Assembly: GCA_044342325.1 (NCBI GenBank)
Contig: JBIIPZ010000021.1
Location: 1 to 50,399, forward strand
Direction of reading: 5' to 3'
From: Terrimicrobiaceae bacterium
GTDB taxonomy: Bacteria; Verrucomicrobiota; Verrucomicrobiia; Chthoniobacterales; Terrimicrobiaceae
DNA length: 50,399 nucleotides
Numbering within the stretch: position 1 is the stretch's first letter; the number at the start of each line of letters is the position of its first letter. Of this stretch, positions 17,415-26,449 are shown piece by piece. The translations under genes and the position numbers were made by a program. The notes under the pieces were generated by a model. That model was not told where the DNA came from. It saw only the letters and a list, made by a program, of their open reading frames with translations, and searched no databases.

Positions 17415-18424
17415 TGAAAACATCATGGAGTTCCATAGCCCGCGAGCAAGCGGACAAAGCCCACAAGACAGAAGTCGATGCGCTCAAAGCCAAGCTCGCT
17501 CAATACCAAGCCAGCGTTGAAAGCCTGGAAAAGCAACTCGGCATCGCGCTCTCGCTCGGCAAGACACGCATTCGCCCGCATCCGCTCTCGGTCTCGATGA
17601 ACGACAAGGCCGAAGCTGTCGCCATCGCGCTTGCCAGCGATTGGCATGTTGAGGAGACGGTTGAGGCGGCATCGGTCAACGGCCTCAACGAATACCGCCT
17701 GCCCATCGCCAAGACTCGCATCGAGAAATTTTTCTCCACCATCGCCCGCCTAACGGAGATCGAGCGCCACGGTGCCAAGATCGACGACCTCATCCTCTGG
17801 CTCGGCGGCGATTTGATGACCGGCATGATCCACGAAGAACTCGCCGAATCGAACAGCAAAACCCCCACGCAAGTCATCCTCTGGCTCCAAGACCGCCTCG
17901 CCGACGGCCTCGCCACCCTCAAGCCCCACTTCAAGCGAATCCTCATCCCCACCAGCTACGGCAACCACGGCCGCACCACCATCAAGCCCCGCCACGCCAC
18001 AGGTGCCGCGCACTCTTACGAGTGGCTTCTCTACAAAATCCTCGAAGGCCGCTTCATCGATGACCAGCAGATCGAATTTCAAATCGCCGACAGCTACTTC
18101 AATTTCATGTCCGTCTTCGACCGCCGCCTGAGATTCCACCACGGCGACGGCCTCAAATACCAAGGCGGCATCGGCGGTCTCACCATCCCCACCGAAAAAG
18201 CCATCGCCAGTTGGAACAAATCCCCCAACCGCGCCGACCTCGACCTCTTCGGCCACTGGCACCAATACCAGCAATCCCGCACATGGCTCTGCAACGGCAG
18301 CCTCATCGGCTACAACGCCTACGCCCTCAGCGTTGTCAAGGCCGCCTTCGAGCCCCCCACGCAGACCTACTTCCTCCTCGATAAGAAGCGCGGACGCACC
18401 ATGACCTCCCCCATCTACCTATGA
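17414..18424 (+). CDS. Calcineurin-like metallophosphoesterase
   Basis: All five motifs present: SDWH, GGD, GNHG, HHGD, GHWH. N-terminal coiled coil. Confidence 0.85.
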   Translation: MKTSWSSIAREQADKAHKTEVDALKAKLAQYQASVESLEKQLGIALSLGKTRIRPHPLSVSMNDKAEAVAIALASDWHVEETVEAASVNGLNEYRLPIAKTRIEKFFSTIARLTEIERHGAKIDDLILWLGGDLMTGMIHEELAESNSKTPTQVILWLQDRLADGLATLKPHFKRILIPTSYGNHGRTTIKPRHATGAAHSYEWLLYKILEGRFIDDQQIEFQIADSYFNFMSVFDRRLRFHHGDGLKYQGGIGGLTIPTEKAIASWNKSPNRADLDLFGHWHQYQQSRTWLCNGSLIGYNAYALSVVKAAFEPPTQTYFLLDKKRGRTMTSPIYL

Positions 18425-18861
18425 GCTGGAAATCCCTCGCCAAGCGCACCAACAGCCTCCCCGAAGGCTGGAGCACCCCCGACGAAATCGCCGCCGACCT
18501 CGATTGCGAGCCAAGCGAGGTGCCAAAAATACTCGCCAGCGCGATCCGCGACGGACTTGTCGAAAAGCAAAACTTCCCCCACTGGCAACCCGGCAGCAGA
18601 CAACTCCTCTACCAGACCGGCTACCGGCAGAAAACTGGCAAGGTTATCTCGGAAAAAAGCCCACATATTTCTGACAAAACCCCAGACTCCATCCCCGGCA
18701 TCCCCGCCGATTTGCTGCCCAAGGTTCGCCAAAAAATCCTCGAGCACCCGCACAAAACCGCCAGCGCAATCAAAGACCTGTTTTCCACAAACAACCGCAC
18801 ACGCCTGAGCGTAGCAGCGATCCGCGGCCTACTTGACAAGCATCCGCAGAATAGAAGGTAG
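18421..18861 (+). CDS. Hypothetical protein with winged-HTH-like N-terminus
   Basis: WSTPDEIAADLDCEPSEVPKILASAIRDGLVEK. ATGA-coupled. Confidence 0.5.
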   Translation: MSWKSLAKRTNSLPEGWSTPDEIAADLDCEPSEVPKILASAIRDGLVEKQNFPHWQPGSRQLLYQTGYRQKTGKVISEKSPHISDKTPDSIPGIPADLLPKVRQKILEHPHKTASAIKDLFSTNNRTRLSVAAIRGLLDKHPQNRR

Positions 18862-20763
18862 ATGCCCGATGACCAAACAATCGTAGAAGGCGACGCCGGA
18901 TTCCTCGGCATGGCCTCCCGCCTCAACCCGCTGCAACTCCAGCCGGGCATGGTCCAGTATTGTGAAAACATGCGCCTCGACCGAGGCGTGGCGCAGACGC
19001 GCAAAGGCGCGAAGCGGTTGGGTGATGGCATCTCTGCAGGCACGCAGCCTCTCACTCTCCCATTTGTGCTGGATGCCAATGCCCGCGTGCGCACGATCTA
19101 CAGCGGCGGCATCTTCGCCAGCGGCGTTTTCAGCTCGCCGAACTACGACGACGAGAATGAATACATCGTTCTCTGCGGGCCGACCTCGGCGTTTCTCTAC
19201 CGGCAGGATGAGCCTATCGAGGAGATCAGCTATCCCGCCACCGGCACAGCGTCCGACGAGATCATCGAGCCCACGGACAGCGTTTCGACGATACAGGCTT
19301 TCAACCGTTTCTACCTCCTGCGCGAGGCCGACATGACTCTGCCTGGCTGGGATTGGAAATACACCACCGCCAGCGGCATCGCAGTCTCTGGCACCACGGC
19401 CACCGTCCACATCACCGCCCATGGCCTCGCTGCTGGACAGCGCGTGCGGATAGAGGAGGGGAGCCAAGCGGCATTCCAAGGGCATGAGTATGACATCCTC
19501 GCCGCTACGGCCAATGCCTTCACCCTCGCCGTGCCTGCTGGCACATTGCCGGATGTCGCCGCCGACATCGCAATCCGCCGCGTCAAAGCTCCGCTGTGGT
19601 GGGATGGCTCGACGATGGAATTTCAACGCGCCGCCTCGGGCGTGCCTGCCGAGGGCGTGACCTTCAAGACCCTGCGCTCCGCCGGCTGGGCCAGCTATAT
19701 AGGCAACCGCCTGTGGATCCCCGATGGCCGCGACACCGTGGCCATCTCGGATGTTCTCGACCCCGACCTCTACGACCCGTTTTTCCAATCTTTCCGCGCC
19801 AACCAGGGCAGCAACGACTACCTCGTCGCCATTCACCCATGGGTCGAAGGCCAAGCGCTGGTCTTCCTACGCAACTCGATCTGGCTGGCCAACCTCACCG
19901 ACACCAGCAACGCGACGGGAGACACCTTCACGGTGGACTCTGCCGTTTCCAAGCTCACGCTCCTCACCGATGAAATCGGCTGCGTAGCCCGCCGCTCGAT
20001 CCAGACGGCCGGGCAGTTTGTGTTTTTCCTCAGCGACGCCGGAGTTTACCGCCTCGACACCCAGCTCGACCTCAAGCTCCGCGCAAACACCCAGCCGCTC
20101 TCGGACCCCATCGCCGACCAGATCGACGAGATCAACAGCGATTACGCCCACCTTGCCGTAGGCCGTTGGTGGAATAACCGCTATTACCTCGCGGTGCCCA
20201 TCGGCGAGAACGCCACGGCCAACAACACCCTTTTCCTCTGGAACGCCCTCAACTCGCAGTGGGAATCCCGCGACACCTACGCCATCAACCTCGACGAGCT
20301 CCTCGTCGCCGCCTACTCCAGCCAGCGCCGCCTCTTCGCAGCAAGCCGCGCCGGAACGCTCTTCCTGCTCGATGAACTCGACTACGGCGACGATGTGCCC
20401 TACGCAAACGCGCAAGACCTCTATACCGAAATTCCCTCCGAACTCATTACCCGCCGCTACGGCTGGGGTAGCCTCAATGCCAAGCGCCTGACCCGCGCCA
20501 AGGCCAGCGTGCTCCTGCCGGACGCCTCCGCCTGCACGCTCGATGCCGTGACGACTGACTACGATGCGGACTTCCAAGTCGCCTCACTCACGAACACCAC
20601 CGGCGAGGAGGAAGACTACACGCTCAAAGCCCCCCTGCGCTGCAAAGCCACCGGCCTTGACCTCCGCTTCCGCACGCAAAGCGGCCGCCCCATCCTGCGT
20701 CAAATCAGCGCCGAAGCCACCCGCTCCGCCCTCGACCCCACCGAAACCCGCACCCTCAACTAA
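18862..20763 (+). CDS. Tail nozzle/stabilisation protein (P22 gp10 / T7 gp12-like position)
   Basis: 633 aa, beta-propeller-like motifs (GCVARRSIQTAGQFVFFLSDAGVY; NNRYYLAVP) and an inserted ATVHITAHGLAAGQRVRI module. Confidence 0.6.
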   Translation: MPDDQTIVEGDAGFLGMASRLNPLQLQPGMVQYCENMRLDRGVAQTRKGAKRLGDGISAGTQPLTLPFVLDANARVRTIYSGGIFASGVFSSPNYDDENEYIVLCGPTSAFLYRQDEPIEEISYPATGTASDEIIEPTDSVSTIQAFNRFYLLREADMTLPGWDWKYTTASGIAVSGTTATVHITAHGLAAGQRVRIEEGSQAAFQGHEYDILAATANAFTLAVPAGTLPDVAADIAIRRVKAPLWWDGSTMEFQRAASGVPAEGVTFKTLRSAGWASYIGNRLWIPDGRDTVAISDVLDPDLYDPFFQSFRANQGSNDYLVAIHPWVEGQALVFLRNSIWLANLTDTSNATGDTFTVDSAVSKLTLLTDEIGCVARRSIQTAGQFVFFLSDAGVYRLDTQLDLKLRANTQPLSDPIADQIDEINSDYAHLAVGRWWNNRYYLAVPIGENATANNTLFLWNALNSQWESRDTYAINLDELLVAAYSSQRRLFAASRAGTLFLLDELDYGDDVPYANAQDLYTEIPSELITRRYGWGSLNAKRLTRAKASVLLPDASACTLDAVTTDYDADFQVASLTNTTGEEEDYTLKAPLRCKATGLDLRFRTQSGRPILRQISAEATRSALDPTETRTLN

Positions 20764-20765
20764 CC

Positions 20766-22253
20766 ATGGCAACTCTCACCAAAGGCAAAACCTTCACCAA
20801 CGGCGAACTCGTCACCCCTGCCAACCTCCACCAGATGGTCGATGCCGCCACCGTCGCCAACATTGTCAACGCCGACATCGCCGCAAATGCCGCCATCGCC
20901 GACACGAAGCTGGCCACCATTTCCACGGCAAATAAAGTGTCCCAATCCGCCGTAACCAATCTCACCACCGACCTAGCAGGGAAAGCAGCGTCCATACACC
21001 AGCACGCTATTGCGGATACCACTGGGTTACAGACGGCGCTCGACGGCAAAGCGGCTGCAAGCCACAACCACGATGATCGCTATTACACGGAATCGGAGAT
21101 GAATACTCTGTTGGCAGGCAAGCAAGCGTCTGGAAGCTATGCACCTGCCAGCGGCATCGCGCCAAGCGCCATCACCGGCACGGCAGTTATCACGACTGAC
21201 TCGCGCCTGTCCGATGCCAGGACGCCGACCACGCACACGCACGATGATCGCTATTACACAGAGACAGAGATAGACACAAAACTCTCCGGCCTGCCTGTTT
21301 CTGGCCATACGCACACCATTGCACAAGTGACGGGCTTGCAAACGGCCCTTGATGGCAAGCAGGCGTCTGGCTCTTATGCCGCTGCTGCGCACACGCACGA
21401 CGACCGCTATTACACAGAGTCGGAGATGAATACTTTGCTTGCTGGTAAGCAAGCGTCTGGAAGCTACGCGCCAGCAACAGGTATTGCCGCTACTGCCATC
21501 ACAGGCACGGCGGTCATTACGACCGATTCCCGCCTGTCCGATGCCAGGACGCCGACCACGCACACGCACGATGATCGCTATTACACAGAGTCCGAGATGA
21601 ACACTCTGCTTGCCGGTAAGCAGGCGTCTGGAAGCTATGCCCCTGCAACGGGTATCGCGCCAAGCGCCATCACGGGAACGGCGGTGATTACGACTGATTC
21701 CCGCCTGTCCGATGCTAGGACGCCGATAGACTCGTCTGTATCATTTTCAAAACTTGTCCAAGCAGTTCAAGAAACATTGGTTCCAACTGGTTCCGTTGTG
21801 GCTTTTGCTTTTAATGCCTTCGCAGGCATCCCGGATGGCTGGATTGAATGTAATGGTTCTGCTGTGAGCAGATCGACTTATAGTAATCTTTATAGCAAAA
21901 TTGGAGTTTCTTATGGCAGCGGTGACGGAAGCACCACATTTAATCTGCCTGATCTTCGCGGATACTTTATTCGTGGCAGTGGGACTAACTCTGACGGAAC
22001 AGCTTCCGGGTCATTTGCAACGAAACAAAGCGATGATGTAAAGCCTCATAATCATCCCGTATCTTGGGCCTTTGGAAATTGCGTTTTAAATGTTCATGAG
22101 ACTCAAGGAGGCAGATCAACTGGGTCAGCTACGACTGTTACAGATATCAATGTATCTACTGGATTTCCTAGTGCTTCCATCGCAATACAAACTAATCTTG
22201 GCACAGAAACCCGTCCAAAAAACATCGCAATGATGTATTGCATCAAAACATGA
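20766..22253 (+). CDS. Tail fibre with 57-aa tandem repeats and C-terminal tail-collar domain
   Basis: HTHDDRYYTE and HTHTIAQVTGLQTALDGK repeats. Collar signature PDGWIECNGSAVSR..Y..L...IG..YG.GDGSTTFNLPDLRG.F.RG and terminal ETRPKNIAMMYCIK. Confidence 0.85.
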   Translation: MATLTKGKTFTNGELVTPANLHQMVDAATVANIVNADIAANAAIADTKLATISTANKVSQSAVTNLTTDLAGKAASIHQHAIADTTGLQTALDGKAAASHNHDDRYYTESEMNTLLAGKQASGSYAPASGIAPSAITGTAVITTDSRLSDARTPTTHTHDDRYYTETEIDTKLSGLPVSGHTHTIAQVTGLQTALDGKQASGSYAAAAHTHDDRYYTESEMNTLLAGKQASGSYAPATGIAATAITGTAVITTDSRLSDARTPTTHTHDDRYYTESEMNTLLAGKQASGSYAPATGIAPSAITGTAVITTDSRLSDARTPIDSSVSFSKLVQAVQETLVPTGSVVAFAFNAFAGIPDGWIECNGSAVSRSTYSNLYSKIGVSYGSGDGSTTFNLPDLRGYFIRGSGTNSDGTASGSFATKQSDDVKPHNHPVSWAFGNCVLNVHETQGGRSTGSATTVTDINVSTGFPSASIAIQTNLGTETRPKNIAMMYCIKT

Positions 22254-22651
22254 CCGCGCCCGCCCCCACCATGCTCCGTCCCGAGCCCTACCACGCGACC
22301 AAGCTCGCCGTGCGCCGGTCTCCCTTGCACCGGTGGGGCGTCTTCGCCACGGCCCCCATCGCCAAGCACGAAGTGCTGGAAGAGGCCCCCTACGCCTGCG
22401 TGCCCAAGAAGCAACTTGCCAAAGCCCCCGCCTGCGAGACCTACAGCTACTACCTCGACGACGCCACCAGCATCATCGGCTTCGGCCTCGCCCCCCTCTA
22501 CAACCACCACGACACCCCCAACGCCTGCCATGAGATCGACCAGGTAAACGAACTCATGCGGCACTACGCCCTGCGCGACATCGCCGCAGGCGAAGAGATC
22601 ACCCTCAACTACGGCGCAGAAAACGCCAAGCACTTCTTAGAAAAGGACTAA
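22250..22651 (+). CDS. SET-domain protein (putative protein methyltransferase)
   Basis: SET motifs: SPLHRWGVFA..PI...E, LYNHH..PNA and ALRDIAAGEEITLNYG. ATGA-coupled to the tail fibre gene. Confidence 0.85.
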   Translation: MTAPAPTMLRPEPYHATKLAVRRSPLHRWGVFATAPIAKHEVLEEAPYACVPKKQLAKAPACETYSYYLDDATSIIGFGLAPLYNHHDTPNACHEIDQVNELMRHYALRDIAAGEEITLNYGAENAKHFLEKD

Positions 22652-22655
22652 CCCT

Positions 22656-25355
22656 ATGGCAATGAACATGAGCAACAGCGGCGGAGGAGGGGGAATGTCC
22701 GGCGGAGGAGGAGGCGGTGGTGGCGCGATGAGCGCAGCCATGTCCGACAACAACATGGGCGGCAACAACGCCATGTCAACAGGGTCAGCAATGTCCAACG
22801 CCATGAGCGGCGGCAACAACGCCATGTCCGGCGGAGGAATGTCCACCGGCGGCATGGGCATGGGCGGCATGAGCGCCCCGCCTGCCCCGCAGCAGCGCAG
22901 CCTCGCCGACGAGATGGCCGCGATCTCAGGCTACGCCCAAGCAAACGCCCAAGCGCAAGCCAACACCACCGTTGATACCGCAGACCGCCTCAGCGACCAA
23001 GCCATTGAAAACACCGGCGACATTGCGCAACGCCTCCAAGACAGCACCTACACCGCAGCGGCAAACCAAAACATCCGCGACGCCGGAACCTCGGCCGCCC
23101 AACTCGGGCAAAGCTACAACCAAGTCGGCCAGACTGCCGACCGCGTAGCGGCCTACAACGACCCCGCCCAAGCCCGGCTGAACCAGCTGGCCCTCGGCCA
23201 GCTCTATCGGCCCGACCAGATTTCGTCCCAAAATGTCGCCGCCGACCAGGCGCAAGGTGCTCGCGTAGCCAACATAGGCAACACGCAAACCGCCCAAGTA
23301 GGACCCGTGGTCGATGCTCAAGCAGCCCAAGCCCGAGCTGCTCGCATGGGCCAAGTGCAAAATGTCCAAGGTCCAGCAGGCTATGCTGCCGATCAGGTCC
23401 AGGCGCAACGCATCCTGTCCTCGCAGATGGGCCCAGTTGCCGATGTGCAAGCCGCCCAAGCTGGGCAAGTCAATGATGTCCGCGCCCAGCGTGTCCGCGC
23501 CGCCCAAGGCATCGCCTCGCAAATGGGCCCGGTTGATAATGTCCAAGCCGCTACCACCGGCGCAATCGAGCGCGTCGGTGGAACGCAAGTCGGCGCGGTG
23601 GATCCGATGGAAGCCGCCCGCGTCCGCCGAGTCCAAGACATCCAAGCGCAGAATGTCCGTGCCAGCGCCGCCGAGCGGGGCTTGATGAATGAAGCCCGTG
23701 GCAATGGGCTCCTCGGCCAACTCGAAGGCCAAGCCAGCAACGACCTCGCCCTCGGCCGCTCCCTCTCAGCCGAGCAGAGCCGCGACGCCATCCAATCTTC
23801 CCGCGCCGCCTCATCCGCCCGTGGCCTCGGCCTCGGCCAATCCGCCATGGCCGCCGAGCTTCTCAACCGCGACCGCTTCGCCACCGCCAGGGAAAACGAA
23901 CGCCGCACCTTTGCTGGCAATGTCCTCGGCCAAGGCACTGCTCTTCGCACCTCAGCCAACCAAGCCTACGCCCAGCGGCAGGACGCCAACGCAGGCCGCT
24001 CCCTCCAAGCCGACAGCACAAACCAATCTGTGGCTCAAGCCCGCGCCATGCAGAATGCGCAGTTTGCCCAGCAGGCCCGGCTCACCGATAACCAAAACGC
24101 CCAGCAGCGAGTTCTCGCCGAGGCCGGTTACGCCCAGCAAGCCGGACTCTCGAACCAAGATTTCAGCTTCCGCGCCAATTCCCAAGACGCGCAGTTTGCC
24201 CAGCAAGCCAACCTTGCCAACCAGCAGGCCGCACTCCAACAAGGCCAATACAACGCCAGCAACCAGCAGGCCATGGCATTGGCCAACCTGCAAAACCGCC
24301 AGCAGGCCAACCTCTCAAACCAAGACGCCTTCCTGCGTGCAGGACTTGCCAATCAATCCTCGGGCCTCCAACTCGGTCTCACCAACGCCCAGCTCCAGCA
24401 GCAAGCAGCCCTGCAAAATCAGCAGACCGCTTACAATACCGGCCAAGCCAACGCCCAGCTTGCCCAGCAAGCCGCCCTCGCCAACCAGAGCACAGGTCTC
24501 CAAGCCTCTCAACTCAACCAAGCCGCCAACGCCCGCGCCGCAGAGTTTCAGCAACAAGGCGGCCTTCAAGCCGCCCTCGCTAATCAACAAGTTGGATTTC
24601 AAACGAACCAATTCAACGCAGCCAACCGCCAAGCCGCCAACCTCGCCAACGCAGGCTACGCTCAACAGGCAGGTCTCGCCAACCAAGCCACCGCCCTCCA
24701 GCTCGGCCAGACCAACGCCCAGCTCCGGCAACAAGGCTACCTCACTGATAATTCCAACGCGCAGCAGGCCGCCATGGCCGATGCAGGCTACGCGCAGCAG
24801 GCCAACCTCGCCAACCAATCGGCCAACCTCAACGCCGCCCAATACAACAGCAGCCAAAACCTCGCCGCCCAGCAGGCGAACCAATCGGCAAACTACAACG
24901 CCAACTACGCAAACCAAAATTTCCTGCAAGGCGTCGCCAGTCAGAACTTCAACCAATTTTCGGGCCAGCAAAGCATGCTCGGCAGCCTCTACGGCCAGCA
25001 GGCAGGCATCGCCCAAAACCAATACGCCAACAATCTCGGCCTCGCCCAAGCCAATGTCGCGCTCGACCCCTACCAACGCGCCCTCGGATCCAACATCCCC
25101 ATAGCCAGCCAAGGCAACGCCGCTTCGATGATCGGCCAAGCCTACGGCAACACCATGAACTACGGCAGCGACCTCTTTAATACAAACACCAACATGCAGG
25201 CCAGCATCTACAACAGCTTCCAAAACAACCAAGCCGCTCTGCGCGGAGCGCAAATCCAAGGGGCCGCCACCGCAGGCGCATCGCAAAACTCCATGATGGG
25301 CTCCGGCATGGCCGCTGGCGGCATGGTCCTCGGCATGACCGCTCTTGCTATTTAA
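22656..25355 (+). CDS. Putative ejection/DNA-pilot protein, Gln/Ala/Asn-rich with hendecad repeats
   Basis: 899 aa with a Gly/Met-rich N-terminus, 11-residue periodicity and a hydrophobic Gly-rich C-terminus. Lies after the tail genes. Confidence 0.65.
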   Translation: MAMNMSNSGGGGGMSGGGGGGGGAMSAAMSDNNMGGNNAMSTGSAMSNAMSGGNNAMSGGGMSTGGMGMGGMSAPPAPQQRSLADEMAAISGYAQANAQAQANTTVDTADRLSDQAIENTGDIAQRLQDSTYTAAANQNIRDAGTSAAQLGQSYNQVGQTADRVAAYNDPAQARLNQLALGQLYRPDQISSQNVAADQAQGARVANIGNTQTAQVGPVVDAQAAQARAARMGQVQNVQGPAGYAADQVQAQRILSSQMGPVADVQAAQAGQVNDVRAQRVRAAQGIASQMGPVDNVQAATTGAIERVGGTQVGAVDPMEAARVRRVQDIQAQNVRASAAERGLMNEARGNGLLGQLEGQASNDLALGRSLSAEQSRDAIQSSRAASSARGLGLGQSAMAAELLNRDRFATARENERRTFAGNVLGQGTALRTSANQAYAQRQDANAGRSLQADSTNQSVAQARAMQNAQFAQQARLTDNQNAQQRVLAEAGYAQQAGLSNQDFSFRANSQDAQFAQQANLANQQAALQQGQYNASNQQAMALANLQNRQQANLSNQDAFLRAGLANQSSGLQLGLTNAQLQQQAALQNQQTAYNTGQANAQLAQQAALANQSTGLQASQLNQAANARAAEFQQQGGLQAALANQQVGFQTNQFNAANRQAANLANAGYAQQAGLANQATALQLGQTNAQLRQQGYLTDNSNAQQAAMADAGYAQQANLANQSANLNAAQYNSSQNLAAQQANQSANYNANYANQNFLQGVASQNFNQFSGQQSMLGSLYGQQAGIAQNQYANNLGLAQANVALDPYQRALGSNIPIASQGNAASMIGQAYGNTMNYGSDLFNTNTNMQASIYNSFQNNQAALRGAQIQGAATAGASQNSMMGSGMAAGGMVLGMTALAI

Positions 25356-26449
25356 TGAACCAACACCTGCAAAACCTCGTCGATGAAACCCTGACCCGTG
25401 CCGAGTATTGGCTGCGGGAATTTCGCAACCCCGTCGTCCTCTGGAGCGGAGGCAAGGACAGCACCGCCATGCTGCACATCCTCATCTTCAAGCTCGGCGT
25501 GCGGCTCCCCTGCGTGCAATGGCGCGAACCCCGCTTCCGCCATCGCTACGCCCACAGCGACCTGCTCGCCCGCGAGTGGGACTTGACCCTCTTCGACTAT
25601 GCTCCCGGCCGCATCGCCATCCAGGATGGGTTCGACATCGAGACCGGCCAACCCCGTTTCGATTTCCTCAAGTATTACCAATGGGGCCACCACAGCGCCC
25701 TCGTCCTCAGCCTCGGCACCGAGCACCCCAAGGAAGGCGAGCCCTACCTGTGCGGCCTCACCGATGTCCTCCAGCGCCCCACCGGCTCTTTTAACTGGCC
25801 GTGGGACGCCGCATTCCACGGGCAGAAAAGCGCCGATGTCGATCTGATCAAAGGCGGCGTGCCACTCGCCCAGGATGTGCGCCGCGTGGATGACAGCCCC
25901 ACCCAGCTTTTCCTCATGCGGCATTGGACCGACGACGACATCTTCGACTACCTCGAAGCCGAAGGCGTCCCCATGGACCCCACCCGCTACGACCGCGCCT
26001 CCGGCAAGTGGGGCCACAAGCAGGACAAATCCCACAACGCCGACTACTACCCCATCTGCTGGAACTGCGTGAACCGCCACCTCACCGCCCCCGTGTGGTG
26101 CCCCAAGCTCCGCAGCGAGGTGAACAGCATCGCCCACCTCGCCCCCTACGAAGACAACTCCATCCCAGAGCAAGGCTTCAAACCCACATGGAATCCCAAT
26201 ACGACTGTCAACGGTGTGGCGCATGTTGCTCGCACCGTTGGAGCTGGCCCGTGCTCCGGCGCGACCGCTCCGACGCCACCGGCATCCCTGCCGAATACCT
26301 CCGCACCGACTACCCCCTGCTCAAGACCGACCCCTGCGGACGCTGCATCGCCCTCCGTGGCGAGGTGGGCCGAGGAGTCGCCTGCGCAATATATCATGCT
26401 CGCCCATCCGCCTGCCGGTCCTTCCAGCCTGGCAGCCCACTCTGCATAG
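25355..26449 (+). CDS. PAPS-reductase-like PP-loop (adenine nucleotide alpha-hydrolase) protein
   Basis: VVLWSGGKDSTAML PP-loop, WT..DI..YL motif and a late CWNC...C cluster. The last ~87 codons are low-complexity and overlap the next gene. Confidence 0.75.
   Translation: MNQHLQNLVDETLTRAEYWLREFRNPVVLWSGGKDSTAMLHILIFKLGVRLPCVQWREPRFRHRYAHSDLLAREWDLTLFDYAPGRIAIQDGFDIETGQPRFDFLKYYQWGHHSALVLSLGTEHPKEGEPYLCGLTDVLQRPTGSFNWPWDAAFHGQKSADVDLIKGGVPLAQDVRRVDDSPTQLFLMRHWTDDDIFDYLEAEGVPMDPTRYDRASGKWGHKQDKSHNADYYPICWNCVNRHLTAPVWCPKLRSEVNSIAHLAPYEDNSIPEQGFKPTWNPNTTVNGVAHVARTVGAGPCSGATAPTPPASLPNTSAPTTPCSRPTPADAASPSVARWAEESPAQYIMLAHPPAGPSSLAAHSA

Noticed and set aside
11717..18862. TTGACA upstream of genes at 11749 and 18862 as sigma70 promoters
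   Set aside because: There is no -10 hexamer at canonical 16-18 bp spacing, so this is too weak to call, although both sit shortly before start codons.
21063..21725. CRISPR array
   Set aside because: The repeats are 171-bp coding units without unique spacers, and no cas genes are present.
20766..22253. Diversity-generating retroelement targeting the tail fibre
   Set aside because: The repeats are in-frame coding duplications with mostly synonymous differences, not adenine-specific TR/VR pairs. The only RT in the window is a group II intron fragment in host DNA.
23689..25104. 471-aa alternative-frame + strand ORF
   Set aside because: It is a Pro/Ser/Thr/Lys-rich frame-shifted reading of the repetitive 899-aa gene, with no independent evidence.
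25355..26449. Calling this cysH, a sulfate-assimilation auxiliary metabolic gene
   Set aside because: Only the PP-loop fold is evident. The C-terminal ECG(L/I)H motif of true PAPS/APS reductases is absent and the context is structural.
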